Positions 1 to 9,820 of a stretch of DNA of 56,727 nt are shown one piece after another. Made by a program: the position numbers and the translations under genes. The notes under the pieces were generated by a model that did no database searches, was not told the DNA's origin, and was given only the letters and a program-made list of their open reading frames with translations. Source of the stretch: an uncultured Halobacteriales archaeon (GTDB taxonomy: Archaea > Halobacteriota > Halobacteria > Halobacteriales > Hikarchaeaceae); the NCBI GenBank assembly GCA_964542445.1, contig CAZITY010000002.1:30340-87066 (forward strand). The letters are read 5' to 3'. Within the stretch, counting starts at the first letter, position 1, and each line of letters begins with the position of its first letter.

Positions 1-288
1 AATCCGTACTAATTGTGCGTGTTGAGTACTCCCTATTTCGAGTACGTTTTGCCGATCGATTATCCCGGCTTCTACAGCAACCTCAACTGCTTCTGTTCCA
101 ACAATATTCGCGATAGATGCCCGCGTCAAACTATTTACTACTGCCTCTTGATTTGCTTCTTCGCCACCATAGAACTCCTCGGTTACTGTTATCGAAACAT
201 CCCCATTTTCAAACGTTTCACCGAGCACATCAGTATCGCAAACTGCGACAAGTAACCCCTCTCTTGTTTGCCGTTCCCGCAGAATCAT
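1..288 (-). CDS. DUF424 family protein, 3' end runs off the window
   Basis: Not in the ORF track. Manual translation from ATG 288: MILRERQTREGLLVAVCDTDVLGETFENGDVSITVTEEFYGGEEA...ASIANIVGTEAVEVAVEAGII. The LVAVCD, FYGG and ANIVG motifs are typical of DUF424. ATGA overlap with the TPR gene stop. Confidence 0.85.
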   Translation of the reverse strand, partial: MILRERQTREGLLVAVCDTDVLGETFENGDVSITVTEEFYGGEEANQEAVVNSLTRASIANIVGTEAVEVAVEAGIIDRQNVLEIGSTQHAQLVRI

Positions 289-1016
289 TTAATTAACTGT
301 TGCTCTGATCGCTCCTGTATCTCCTCGACCTTTTCTCGGAGCGCTTCAGCTTCCTCATCCTCATTTAACGCTTCATGGGCCCGAGCTTTCTCTTCATAAA
401 CTTCGACCGATCGGTACCCTAACCTGATTGCGTTCTCTAAACTTCCAACTGCTTGAGATTCGAGTCCACGTTCGTTCAAGAAGAATCCCCTGTTATACCA
501 CGCTTCAGCGAATCGCTCGTCGATTTCAAGCGCTCGTTCCGTGTGCTCTAACGCTTCGTTATCCCTCCCGAATTCCCACAGCGCGAACGCTAAATTATTC
601 TCTGCAGTAGCGGCGTGCTCCGTTGAATCATCGATAAAGATGGCTTCCTCGAATGCTCCGATAGCCGGATCCCATTCTTCAAGTTCAGCGTGCGCACTTC
701 CCTTATTCACCCACGCTTCTTGCTCCACCAATTCATCTGTCGCAAATTGGGCAGCACGTTCGAACGTCTCAGTGGCTTCTTCGAATCGATTAATCTCCAT
801 ATACGACAATCCAACATCAATCAGCGTCTCCGTGTCCACGGCGTCACGGGGAATAATATCTTCATCAATCAAATCGGGGAGCGCGTGAGAATCAGTCGGA
901 TCAAATTGATCGGGGTCTAGATCAACAGTTAACTCGTCAGGGTCCAGTCGAAATCCCTCGTACGGATCATCAAATCCACTGCCCTCCGAGAATGCGTGAT
1001 CCTCACCATCAGTCAT
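285..1016 (-). CDS. Tetratricopeptide repeat protein
   Basis: Repeated TPR helices (AWVNKGSAH, AENNLAFALW, AWYNRGFFL) after an acidic N-terminus; ATG at 1016 (MTDGEDH). Confidence 0.85.
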   Translation of the reverse strand: MTDGEDHAFSEGSGFDDPYEGFRLDPDELTVDLDPDQFDPTDSHALPDLIDEDIIPRDAVDTETLIDVGLSYMEINRFEEATETFERAAQFATDELVEQEAWVNKGSAHAELEEWDPAIGAFEEAIFIDDSTEHAATAENNLAFALWEFGRDNEALEHTERALEIDERFAEAWYNRGFFLNERGLESQAVGSLENAIRLGYRSVEVYEEKARAHEALNEDEEAEALREKVEEIQERSEQQLIK

Positions 1017-1073
1017 TAGCACTTCTAAGGAGGGACGGGGATTAAGCGCTACGGCTCACTAAAAAACACTATC

Positions 1074-1634
1074 ATGCGGTTGTTTGTGAGTATCGATCTA
1101 TTCCCAGGGTTCACGGGAGCAGTTGAGTCAATCCAAGAGCCATTTTCGGATATCCCGAGTCTCAATCTCGTTGATCCCACACAAGCCCACCTCACGCTGA
1201 AATTCATCGGGGATACCGACCCAGACCGGGTGTCTACGATCGAATCTGCACTGTCTGACAGCATCGCTTCTACGGGGCTGTCTTCTTTCCCGATGGAAAT
1301 CAATGGCATTGGTGCCTTCCCAAGTACAGATTACATCCGCGTTGTGTGGCTCGGTGTAACGACAGGTAGTGAGGAAACAACTGCTCTTCACGAATCAATT
1401 GAAACAAGTCTCACCGCGATTGGTATTGAACCGGAATCGCACGAATTCACTCCGCATATCACGATCGCACGGATGGAGGACGCGCGGGGAAAGGAAACAG
1501 TCCAAGAGTTACTTGAAACTACGAATCCACATGTCGGCACTATGGAAGTAAACCAGGTTCGATTGACGAAAAGCGAATTAACAGAATCAGGCCCCCGGTA
1601 CTCAACTGTACGGTCGTTTCCCCTCGATGAATAG
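1074..1634 (+). CDS. thpR: RNA 2',3'-cyclic phosphodiesterase (2H family, LigT-like)
   Basis: MRLFVSID start and two HxT motifs (HLTLKF, FTPHITIAR). Confidence 0.92.
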   Translation: MRLFVSIDLFPGFTGAVESIQEPFSDIPSLNLVDPTQAHLTLKFIGDTDPDRVSTIESALSDSIASTGLSSFPMEINGIGAFPSTDYIRVVWLGVTTGSEETTALHESIETSLTAIGIEPESHEFTPHITIARMEDARGKETVQELLETTNPHVGTMEVNQVRLTKSELTESGPRYSTVRSFPLDE

Positions 1635-1636
1635 AT

Positions 1637-2485
1637 TTAAAGCCGGACTAACTTCGTAATTCGCTCCGTAATCCGTTCCTCCTTCACCGGTTCTATTGGC
1701 ACCGATAACGGGGAAATACTGACCTTTCCTTCCTTGATGGCACGACGGTCAGTCCCCGGCGGATCGGGTAACTCGTCATTCGCCATTTGTTCCCATAAGG
1801 TATTCCGCAGATAGAATTTTTGTTGCTCGATTGACGCATCCATTTCGTACACTGGCGTCGGTTCCGTCACCTCAATTGTATCTAGAGAGTCATCCGGTCC
1901 AGGGGTATTAATATTGAAATAATCAATAGAATCATACCATTCATCGATCCCAAGTTGTTGAATAAAATTAGTCGTGAACCGAGCTGTCTCTTGAAATGCG
2001 TCAATAGTGATCTCGTTTTGGTATCCAAGCGTATTCATCGAGACAGCAATGGCAGGTATCTCGAGGAAGGCGGCTTCCATCGCGGAACTTGCCGTCCCCG
2101 ACCTAGACAACACATATGTCCCTAAATTCGCTCCTGGATTGCAGCCTGACACGACGAGGTCAGGTTGCTCATCGAATGCATGTGCCCCTAGAATTACACA
2201 ATCACACGGTGTCCCATTTACAGCATACCCGATATCGGCTTCTGTATGAGGGATGTGACAGTTGAACCGCCCATTACTGAAATCAAGACCAGTTTCATTA
2301 TCATCCGTTGACTCTGCGGTCCGTCCATAGGATAACGATCGACCGACAGCGCTTTGATTCGTCGCTGGCGCCACAGTAGTCACATTCGCGATATCAGTCA
2401 ATGCGTCGTAAAGCGCCCGTATTCCGGGGGCGTTAATCCCATCATCATTGGTTAATAAGATGTTGAGTTCGTCGTTTCCAGTCAT
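1637..2485 (-). CDS. surE: 5'/3'-nucleotidase SurE
   Basis: ILLTNDDGINAPG, NQSAVG, GTPCDCV, DLVVSGCNPGANLG and SGT motifs. Confidence 0.95.
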   Translation of the reverse strand: MTGNDELNILLTNDDGINAPGIRALYDALTDIANVTTVAPATNQSAVGRSLSYGRTAESTDDNETGLDFSNGRFNCHIPHTEADIGYAVNGTPCDCVILGAHAFDEQPDLVVSGCNPGANLGTYVLSRSGTASSAMEAAFLEIPAIAVSMNTLGYQNEITIDAFQETARFTTNFIQQLGIDEWYDSIDYFNINTPGPDDSLDTIEVTEPTPVYEMDASIEQQKFYLRNTLWEQMANDELPDPPGTDRRAIKEGKVSISPLSVPIEPVKEERITERITKLVRL

Positions 2486-2509
2486 TGGTATTACGTACTA
2501 CTTCCGTGA

Positions 2510-2530
2510 TAGTCAACCCATCGTTGACTA
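2510..2530. promoter_or_regulatory. Perfect 8-bp inverted repeat TAGTCAAC-N5-GTTGACTA, candidate operator in the surE promoter
   Basis: Read directly; lies 25-45 bp upstream of the surE ATG. Confidence 0.4.
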
Positions 2531-2655
2531 CTAGCGAGGCACTCGACCCATTTATTAAGTCTTCGTTGGGATGAGTACTAGGAGCAAATATACCTCCCAA
2601 GGGCCACGGCTAAAGGACAGGGTTTTACCATTGTCCCGTACTAGTTTCTGTCATC

Positions 2656-2808
2656 ATGAGTAAGAAAACGAAAGCGAAGAAGAAGCGGCTCGCGAAGCTA
2701 GATAAGCAGAATTCACGGGTGCCCGCGTGGGTGATAATGAAGACGGATCGGGAAGTAATGCAGAACCCGAAACGCCGGAATTGGCGTCGGAGTGACACTG
2801 ACGAGTAA
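2656..2808 (+). CDS. rpl39e: 50S ribosomal protein L39e
   Basis: Not in the ORF track (50 aa): [50 protein letters not shown]; directly upstream of L31e. Confidence 0.97.
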   Translation: MSKKTKAKKKRLAKLDKQNSRVPAWVIMKTDREVMQNPKRRNWRRSDTDE

Positions 2809-2810
2809 GT

Positions 2811-3086
2811 ATGAGCACGAGTGATTTCGAGGAGCGCGTTATTACGGTTCCATTACGCGATGTGTCAGCTGTCCCGAAACATGAACGGGCGGATAGAGCA
2901 ATGAAAGTAATCCGCGAACATCTCGCCAGGCATTTTAGTGTTTCACCGGATGATGTCCGGTTGGATCCTTCTATTAATGAAGCGGTGTGGGAGCGCGGGA
3001 GAAAAAAACCCCCACGGAAAATCCGGATTCGGGCCGCTCGCTTCGACGAAGCTGGTGAACGCGTCGTCGAAGCCGAGCACGCCTAA
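2811..3086 (+). CDS. rpl31e: 50S ribosomal protein L31e
   Basis: ERVITVPLR...RADRAMK...VRLDPSINEAVWERG..KPP.KIRIRA. Confidence 0.97.
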   Translation: MSTSDFEERVITVPLRDVSAVPKHERADRAMKVIREHLARHFSVSPDDVRLDPSINEAVWERGRKKPPRKIRIRAARFDEAGERVVEAEHA

Positions 3087-3087
3087 C

Positions 3088-3753
3088 GTGCTTCGAACGT
3101 CTATTTTCGGGTCAACTAATATTGGGGTATTTCTAGCGGTGACTGAGGAATATGTTTTTATTCGGCCTGATGTTGAAGAAGAGTTGGCTGGGGTAATTGA
3201 AGAGGAGCTTGAGAGTGTTCTTGTAGGAAGCACTATTGGTGGGTCGACGACCGTCGGGTCGCTTTGCACTGGTAATTCGTCAGGGATCGTAACGAGCGGT
3301 CGGATTATGGCGTTTGAACAAGAATCACTCTATGAAGATACTGGATTGAGTGTCATTGAGTTGCCTGGGCGAATTAATGCGGCGGGGAATGTTATTTTAG
3401 CGAATGATACTGGCGCAGTGGTCCATCCAGAACTCAGTGATGCCGCGGTTGAGTCAATCTCAACGGGATTAGATGTGGAAGTTTCAAAGGGCACGATTGG
3501 TGGGATGGAGACCGTTGGTTCGGCGGCGGTTGCAACGAATGATGGTGTGTTATGTCATCCGAAAACTACCGAACAGGAGTTCGAGACCATTGAATCAGTG
3601 TTAGGTGTTCCAGCTGATATCGGGACGATCAATTATGGTGGGCCGCTAATTGGGGCTGGTTTGGTGGCGAATTCCCGCGGGTATATCGCGGGGGATGATA
3701 CGACTGGGCCGGAACTCGGTCGGATTGAAGAAGCACTGGCGTTACTTGAGTAA
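3088..3753 (+). CDS. eif6: Translation initiation factor 6 (aIF6)
   Basis: GTG at 3088, just after the L31e stop; GS.NIGVF, GNVILAND.GAVVHP, GTINYG..LIGAGL.AN..G and TTGPELGRIE motifs. Confidence 0.95.
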   Translation: MLRTSIFGSTNIGVFLAVTEEYVFIRPDVEEELAGVIEEELESVLVGSTIGGSTTVGSLCTGNSSGIVTSGRIMAFEQESLYEDTGLSVIELPGRINAAGNVILANDTGAVVHPELSDAAVESISTGLDVEVSKGTIGGMETVGSAAVATNDGVLCHPKTTEQEFETIESVLGVPADIGTINYGGPLIGAGLVANSRGYIAGDDTTGPELGRIEEALALLE

Positions 3754-3889
3754 TACGCCATACAAGCATCCAAGAAAATACTCTCCATATGGCTGCTGGT
3801 TGGTAGGTATATGCGTTAGAGAAGTAGGAAGATACTTCCCTCCAGATTCGTTATGGCCTGATATGATTCCGCGCTTCCGCAGTGGGTCA

Positions 3890-4000
3890 ATGACTAATCT
3901 TGTGTTCTCCAGTCGTTCTCATGGCGATAGCGGACGGGACACTTTATCGCTCGAACCAACTATCACGAATGGTGGTATCCAATCGTGGGGTGGGGTATGA
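3890..4000 (+). pseudogene. Possible degenerate remnant of ribosomal protein LX (L18ae/L20a), 36 codons
   Basis: MTNLVFSSRSHGDSGRDTLSLEPTITNGGIQSWGGV* occupies the usual LX position between eIF6 and prefoldin alpha, and its TGA overlaps the pfdA ATG. Sequence similarity to LX is weak. Confidence 0.4.
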
Positions 4001-4455
4001 GTGGGAATCAGGAACTCCAAGAATTATCGGAGCAGTTGCAAGCTGTTGAAGATCAAATCGAGGCGTTGGAGGCTCAACTGCAGCAGATGCAGTCGACCAA
4101 ACAAAATATTGATGAAGCAATTGAGGCGCTAGAAACCCTTGAGACCGGGTCGGATGTGCAAGTTCCGGTCGGAGGCGGTGCCTACGTGAAAGCCACGATA
4201 GAGGATATCGATGAAGTTATTGTGAGTATTGGTGGGGGGTATGCGTCTGAACAAAACCAATCGAAGGCTACGTCGTTGCTTGAAGATAGAAAAGAGTTGA
4301 TTGACGAACGTATTTCTGAAGTGACCTCCGCGATTTCAGACCTTGAAGAGCAAGGGGAGCAACTCGGCCAACGAGCCCAACAACGGTTACAACAACAGCA
4401 AGAGCAACAGCAACAACAGAATCAGCTCGGTCCGGGTGGCCCTGGTGGTCCGTGA
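3997..4455 (+). CDS. pfdA: Prefoldin subunit alpha
   Basis: Coiled coils flanking VQVPVGGGAYVKA...VIVSIGGGY; Gln-rich C-terminal tail. Confidence 0.95.
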   Translation: MSGNQELQELSEQLQAVEDQIEALEAQLQQMQSTKQNIDEAIEALETLETGSDVQVPVGGGAYVKATIEDIDEVIVSIGGGYASEQNQSKATSLLEDRKELIDERISEVTSAISDLEEQGEQLGQRAQQRLQQQQEQQQQQNQLGPGGPGGP

Positions 4456-4476
4456 TTTCTTACGTGAAAGGTCGCG

Positions 4477-5481
4477 ATGTTTGATGGAATCAAACAGACG
4501 ATTGGTTCCTTTCGAGATTCGGTAGAGTCGACCGATACGAGTGAGGAAGATACGGAAACCACCGACGATGACCGTGAAGAGCGTGAAAAGTCGGATGGTA
4601 TGGTTCGCCGCGCTAGATCGTTAGCTCGGGGTCAGGTCGTTATTGATGAAGATGATTTAACAGAGCCGTTAGAGCGATTACAATTGTCGTTGCTGTCGAA
4701 TGACGTTGAGATGGAGGTTGCAGAGCGTATCACAAATCGGATTAAAACAGAACTCGTCGGGGATACTCGGTCTGTGACCATGCGAACATCATCTGTTATT
4801 ACCGATGCGGTGGCTGAGGCGCTGATTGATGTTCTCGATGTTGATGGGTTCGATTTCGATGAGTTCCTTCAGTCGACCGAACCGCCTGCCGTGATTATTT
4901 TCACTGGTGTCAATGGAGTCGGGAAAACAACGACTATTGCGAAGATTGCGAAGTATCTCGAATCCGAGTCATATTCCGTGGTGCTGGCGAATGCGGATAC
5001 GTTTCGGGCTGGTGCTAACGAGCAGTTGGCGGAGCATGCGGACCGGCTTGGAGTCAAGTTTATTTCTCACGAACAGGGCGGCGATCCTGCGGCGGTAATT
5101 TATGATGCGGTTGAATTTGCGGAAGCAAATGATGTTGATGTGGTATTAGGGGATACGGCTGGTCGTTTGCATACGAATGAGGATTTAATGAATCAATTGG
5201 AGAAAATTAATCGGGTTGTCGGGCCTGATTGCACGATTTTCGTGGATGAAGCCGTTGCTGGGCAGGACGCGATAAATCGGGCGCGGGAGTTTAATTCGGC
5301 CGCGGAAATTGATGGGGCAATATTGACGAAGGCGGATGCCGATACGAGTGGTGGGGCGGCGATTTCGATCGCAGAAGTAACGGGAAAACCGATTTTGTTC
5401 TTGGGGACTGGGCAGGGGTATGATGATTTAGAGAAGTTTCATCCGGAAAGTCTCGTTTCAGAGTTAGTGAGCGACGCGTAA
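4477..5481 (+). CDS. ftsY: SRP receptor FtsY
   Basis: GVNGVGKTTTIAK, DTFRAGA, DTAGR and TKAD...GG SRP-GTPase motifs. Confidence 0.97.
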   Translation: MFDGIKQTIGSFRDSVESTDTSEEDTETTDDDREEREKSDGMVRRARSLARGQVVIDEDDLTEPLERLQLSLLSNDVEMEVAERITNRIKTELVGDTRSVTMRTSSVITDAVAEALIDVLDVDGFDFDEFLQSTEPPAVIIFTGVNGVGKTTTIAKIAKYLESESYSVVLANADTFRAGANEQLAEHADRLGVKFISHEQGGDPAAVIYDAVEFAEANDVDVVLGDTAGRLHTNEDLMNQLEKINRVVGPDCTIFVDEAVAGQDAINRAREFNSAAEIDGAILTKADADTSGGAAISIAEVTGKPILFLGTGQGYDDLEKFHPESLVSELVSDA

Positions 5482-5611
5482 CGGTGCGGGGGATAGCCGG
5501 ATTGAATTTGGGGTACCAGCAGAGCGGCGGGGTATTGCGGGTAGCAGGATACGTGATTGTTCTTCGACATTGCACGTAATAATTTATGAACAGGCGGGAG
5601 TAACCACTGGT

Positions 5612-5839
5612 ATGGACGATTACGAGGAACTCATTTCATTCCTGACGCCACGAGAAGAGAATGAAGCGATAAAATCATATCAAAACACGACAGCAATTGC
5701 GTGCCCGGCGTGCGACGAGCCGTTTGATGATTTAGTTGTGTGCAAACAAGAACTAACGAGTCTGAATTTAACCGAGCAGTTAGATTTCTGTATCGGTTTA
5801 CATGACGAATTGCCGTTAATTTTTACGCATAAGAAATAA
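5612..5839 (+). CDS. Small conserved haloarchaeal protein with CPxC motif (putative Zn-binding)
   Basis: ATG 5612: MDDYEELISFLTPRE...YQNTTAIACPACDEPFDDLVVC...FTHKK; acidic. Confidence 0.75.
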   Translation: MDDYEELISFLTPREENEAIKSYQNTTAIACPACDEPFDDLVVCKQELTSLNLTEQLDFCIGLHDELPLIFTHKK

Positions 5840-5849
5840 TCGGGGTCCG

Positions 5850-5877
5850 CGGGATTCTTGGGTGCCCCGGAATCCCG
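5850..5877. terminator. Hairpin CGGGATTC...GAATCCCG after the small CPxC gene
   Basis: 8-bp perfect stem with an inner GGG/CCC pair, starting about 10 nt after the stop at 5839. Confidence 0.4.
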
Positions 5878-5959
5878 GGTGAGAAACGATAGGTATCGGT
5901 TGACGGTGGGTTTGTGTAGTCCTAAAGTCTTTAATTCGGTTACCTCGTACGTATTCATA

Positions 5960-7339
5960 ATGGTATTAGATAATCTCGGGAGTTCCCTCAGAAACGCTCT
6001 CTCTAATCTCCGAGGGAAGTCTCGGTTAAGCGAAGAGGATGTTGACGATATTGTAAAAGAGATCCAACGGTCGTTGTTATCGGCTGATGTTGATGTGGAT
6101 CTCGTGATGGAGTTGTCGGATTCAATTCGATCCCGATCGCTTTCTGAGGAACCTCCGCCGGGAACGACGGCGCGGGATCACGTTTTACGGATCGTGTACG
6201 AGGAGTTAGTGTCGTTTGTCGGTGATTCAACCGAATTACCATTGGAACCGCAGACGATCATGCTAGCGGGGTTACAAGGGTCGGGGAAGACGACGACTGC
6301 GGCGAAGATCGCATGGTGGTTCTCAACGAAGGGATTGCGGCCAGCGGTTATTCAAACTGATACGTTTCGCCCTGGGTCGTTTGAACAGGCTCGGCAATTA
6401 GCGGAACAAGCAGACGTTGATTTCTACGGGGATCCGGATGAGGACGATCCGGTCAATATCGCGCGAGATGGACTAGAGGCGGTGAGCGAGGCTGATGTCT
6501 TGATCGTTGATACTGCTGGCCGTCACGCTCTTGAGGATGAGTTAATAGAGGAGTTAGAATCGATAGATGGCGTTGTTGATCCTGATCGGACGTTATTGGT
6601 GTTAGATGCAGCGATTGGGCAGGGAGCGAAGGAGCAAGCGAATCGGTTTCATGATGCAGTCGGGATCGATGGGGTGACAATTGCGAAGTTAGATGGGACA
6701 GCGAAGGGGGGCGGGGCATTGACGGCGATTAAGGAAACTGGTTCGTCAATTGCGTTTCTCGGTACTGGTGAATCCGTTCAGGATATCGAACGGTTTGAGC
6801 CGTCTGGATTTATTTCCCGGTTGCTTGGGATGGGGGATCTCAAGCAGTTGACGGAACGGGTCGAACGGGCAATGATGGAGACCCAAGAAGAAGACGAAGA
6901 CTGGGATCCAGAGGATATGCTTTCGGGTGAGTTTACGTTACGAGATATGCGCCAGCAGATGCAGGCGATGAATCGGATGGGCCCGTTGGATCAGGTGCTC
7001 GATATGATCCCAGGGCTGGGTGGGGGGTTAATGGATCAATTACCGGACGATGCGATGGATGTTACGCAGGACCGATTACGGGATTTTGAGGTCGTTATGG
7101 ATTCGATGACTGATGCGGAGCTTGAGGACCCAAGTATCATTGGAGCGAGTCAAATAGAACGGATATCTCGTGGAAGTGGTAAATCAGAGAGTGTAGTCCG
7201 TGAGTTACTTGATCAGTATCAGATGATGTCCCGGACGATCCAACAATTACAAGGGATGGGGGATGGTGATATGCAACGTATGATGAAGAAAATGCAGGGT
7301 GAAGGCGGGTTAGGTGGTCTCGGCGGGCCGTTCGGCTAA
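5960..7339 (+). CDS. srp54: Signal recognition particle protein Srp54
   Basis: MVLDNLG start, [26 protein letters not shown] and a Met-rich M domain. Confidence 0.97.
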   Translation: MVLDNLGSSLRNALSNLRGKSRLSEEDVDDIVKEIQRSLLSADVDVDLVMELSDSIRSRSLSEEPPPGTTARDHVLRIVYEELVSFVGDSTELPLEPQTIMLAGLQGSGKTTTAAKIAWWFSTKGLRPAVIQTDTFRPGSFEQARQLAEQADVDFYGDPDEDDPVNIARDGLEAVSEADVLIVDTAGRHALEDELIEELESIDGVVDPDRTLLVLDAAIGQGAKEQANRFHDAVGIDGVTIAKLDGTAKGGGALTAIKETGSSIAFLGTGESVQDIERFEPSGFISRLLGMGDLKQLTERVERAMMETQEEDEDWDPEDMLSGEFTLRDMRQQMQAMNRMGPLDQVLDMIPGLGGGLMDQLPDDAMDVTQDRLRDFEVVMDSMTDAELEDPSIIGASQIERISRGSGKSESVVRELLDQYQMMSRTIQQLQGMGDGDMQRMMKKMQGEGGLGGLGGPFG

Positions 7340-7367
7340 GCACACTATACGCTGCAGGTATTTCACG

Positions 7368-8582
7368 ATGATTAGGGGGATTGAGAAGATTCGTGGTCAG
7401 TTTCGGGCGTATGATATATTGATTTTAACGTCGTTACTTTGGTTTCTTGGGCAGTTTGTCCGATATTCGTTTCCACCGTTGTTCGAAACGTTCCAAGTGA
7501 CGTATGGGGTGTCGAATACAGTGTTAGGGTTATTGTTTTCTGCGTTGTTACTTGCGTACGGCGGGATGCAGTTTCCGTCTGGGGTTGTTGCTGATCGTGT
7601 CGGGGAGGCGACCGTAATTTCTGTCGGGGCGTTGATTTTATCGGTGGCGGTCCTGTTATTGTTTTCTTGGCAGATTTTCCCGATTCTTGTCGTAGCGGTG
7701 ATATTGATTGGGATCGGGACTGGGATGCACAAGACGGTCGCTATTGCATTATTATCAATCGTGTATCCAGATCGGACCGGTCGGGCGTTAGGGGTGCTCG
7801 ATGGGATCGGTCAGTTAGGTGGCGTGGTGGCACCGGCGGTTGTTTCTGTGGTATTAGCCGTCTCAATCGGGTGGTATTCGCTGTATCTAGGCGCAGGTAT
7901 CGCTGGGGTAGTGTTTGCGGTACTGGTGTATCGTTCATCAGGGCAGGAACGTGGCAATTCTGATTCGGAGTCAGGGGATCAGGCGCAGGATTCTCCAGGC
8001 GCTAAACGATATTTACGGCCGTTCCGAAAGCCGTCGTTCGTGTTACTTGTCCTTGGGGCGATGGCGTTTACGTTCGCATGGAATGGGCTAGCGGCGTTCT
8101 TTCCGTTATTCTTAATTAGCGAACAAAATATGTCGAGTGTCACTGCCGGCCTGTTGTATAGCTTGCTGTTCATTATGAGTTTAGTTCAACCCGTCACTGG
8201 GTCGATTAGTGATCGGGTCGGGTACCTTCCGGTGATGATCGGCACGTTGATAGTGTCACTTGGTTCGGTGTTGATGCTGTTACAACCGTTATCGAGAGTG
8301 CTAATCGTAGCCGTAGTATTCATGATGGGGATTGGATTCCACGGATTCAGACCGGCGCGAGAAGCGTATCTGATGGCACTCATTCCGGCTGGTGTTTCCG
8401 GTGGAACATTAGGGATTGTTCGAACGTTAATGATGGTTGTGGGTGGTTCGGCACCAGCGGTTGTTGGGTATTTTTCTGAAGTGCAAGATTTCACCGTTGC
8501 GTTTACCGTACTTGCGTTCGACATAGCGGTCGGCATTTTGATACTAGGCGTGCTCTTTCTAGTTACGAATAGGTCGGGTTAA
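7368..8582 (+). CDS. MFS transporter
   Basis: About 12 hydrophobic segments; MFS motif A in both halves (GVVADRVG, GSISDRVG). Confidence 0.9.
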   Translation: MIRGIEKIRGQFRAYDILILTSLLWFLGQFVRYSFPPLFETFQVTYGVSNTVLGLLFSALLLAYGGMQFPSGVVADRVGEATVISVGALILSVAVLLLFSWQIFPILVVAVILIGIGTGMHKTVAIALLSIVYPDRTGRALGVLDGIGQLGGVVAPAVVSVVLAVSIGWYSLYLGAGIAGVVFAVLVYRSSGQERGNSDSESGDQAQDSPGAKRYLRPFRKPSFVLLVLGAMAFTFAWNGLAAFFPLFLISEQNMSSVTAGLLYSLLFIMSLVQPVTGSISDRVGYLPVMIGTLIVSLGSVLMLLQPLSRVLIVAVVFMMGIGFHGFRPAREAYLMALIPAGVSGGTLGIVRTLMMVVGGSAPAVVGYFSEVQDFTVAFTVLAFDIAVGILILGVLFLVTNRSG

Positions 8583-8965
8583 GAAGGAATCGAGGGGAGT
8601 TGGTCAATGAATGCATCGACGGTTGGTTCCTCTACTTCAACGGTAATGGTGATGTCACCGAGTTCATCTTCGTTCCCAACAGCGAAATTAACTGTGCCCA
8701 TCAGTGCCGCTTGTTTTTTCAACCGGAACGAAAACTCACCCGAGGTACTGTTTTCAAAGAATACGTCTTGGGCCGTTTCCATGATGTTCTGTTCGGTGAG
8801 TTTCTCTGTGAAGGTATCAATCGAATGCGTGGTTCCCGTGATCGCCTCGGGGGTTTCTGTGAGTGAGGCGTTCGGGAAGAGATTCTGAATGGCTGTCTGT
8901 ACCCGTTCGGGATCTTCTGTCGGGTTCACCGGCGCTGTTACCGTGACGGTAATACGGTAAATCAT
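8579..8965 (-). CDS. UPF0201/DUF54 putative RNA-binding protein
   Basis: V.PTEDPERV..AI.NLFP and F.LKKQAA..G.VNF...ELGDI.I.V motifs; coupled to the upstream kinase. Confidence 0.85.
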   Translation of the reverse strand: MIYRITVTVTAPVNPTEDPERVQTAIQNLFPNASLTETPEAITGTTHSIDTFTEKLTEQNIMETAQDVFFENSTSGEFSFRLKKQAALMGTVNFAVGNEDELGDITITVEVEEPTVDAFIDQLPSIPS

Positions 8966-9498
8966 GGGAGAAACTCACGGATTCGTTGTCGAAATTCCAT
9001 GAGTGAGTCGGTATTTTCTATATAGACGTCTGCGTTCTCCATCGCCTCGCCCATACCGAACCCGAGTTCACGCTCATCACGGTCCTTGAGCGATTCTCCT
9101 AGTTCGCACGTATCATCGCGTCCCCGATCCGTGATTCGTTGTTCTCGTACCGCGAAGGGAGCTTCGATACATACCAGAATGAAGTCGTCCCCGAACTCCG
9201 CTTTGAATCGATCGACCTCTGCCTCCGACCGAATCCCGTCCACCACTACTGATTCATGATCTTCAAGAGCGTCAATAATTACTGGGATCGATTCTTCAGC
9301 TATCGCACCAGGTCCACCTTCTTCTCGTAATTCTTTCGCAACCCGTCCGTGATCACTCGCCGGATCTAGACCACGATCAACACAAGCATTCCTAATTACA
9401 TCACCCATCGTAATTACGGGGACCCCTAGTTCTTCAGCGACGGTCGCTGCCTCGCTTTTCCCACTCCCCGGCAACCCGACCAATCCGATAACATGCAT
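8962..9498 (-). CDS. UPF0200 P-loop kinase (dephospho-CoA kinase/NMP kinase-like)
   Basis: GLPGSGKS P-loop, MGDVIR, VVDGIRS and RDERELGFG. Confidence 0.85.
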   Translation of the reverse strand: MHVIGLVGLPGSGKSEAATVAEELGVPVITMGDVIRNACVDRGLDPASDHGRVAKELREEGGPGAIAEESIPVIIDALEDHESVVVDGIRSEAEVDRFKAEFGDDFILVCIEAPFAVREQRITDRGRDDTCELGESLKDRDERELGFGMGEAMENADVYIENTDSLMEFRQRIREFLP

Positions 9499-9613
9499 CG
9501 TTCTCGTGGTTGTGCGTAGAACTGACCGTGATTTAAGGACTATGCACTGTGTCCGCTCGGCGAACGCAATAGACAGAGCATTTTATGACGAGTGGTCAAT
9601 TTAGACTACCCGT

Positions 9614-9720
9614 GGGCACGTAGCTCAGTCTGGACAGAGCGTCGGACTTCTAACTGTAGTCGCTCGACCCGGCTCTAGGGAGACATCCGACGGCCGCGGG
9701 TTCGAATCCCGCCGTGCCCG
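9614..9720 (+). tRNA. tRNA-Arg(UCU) with a 32-nt canonical 37/38 intron (9653-9684)
   Basis: Acceptor GGGCACG/CGTGCCC, D arm TAGCTCAGTCTGGACAGAGC, anticodon stem TCGGA/TCCGA with TCT at 9649-9651, T loop TTCGAAT. The intron forms a bulge-helix-bulge (CUUC pairing with GGAG). Confidence 0.95.
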
Positions 9721-9820
9721 GTTACTCTGACGGGTGTCCCGTACCCAGTGAGGGATACAACAATTGGTCTGGTTTCCGCAACCTATTGACTCATACCGAC
9801 TGATGAATTAGTCGTTGCCT

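Noticed and set aside
4360-4452. CAA/CAG repeats and a GPGGPGGP tail in prefoldin alpha
   Set aside because: Low-complexity coding tail typical of haloarchaeal PfdA; not a repeat array.
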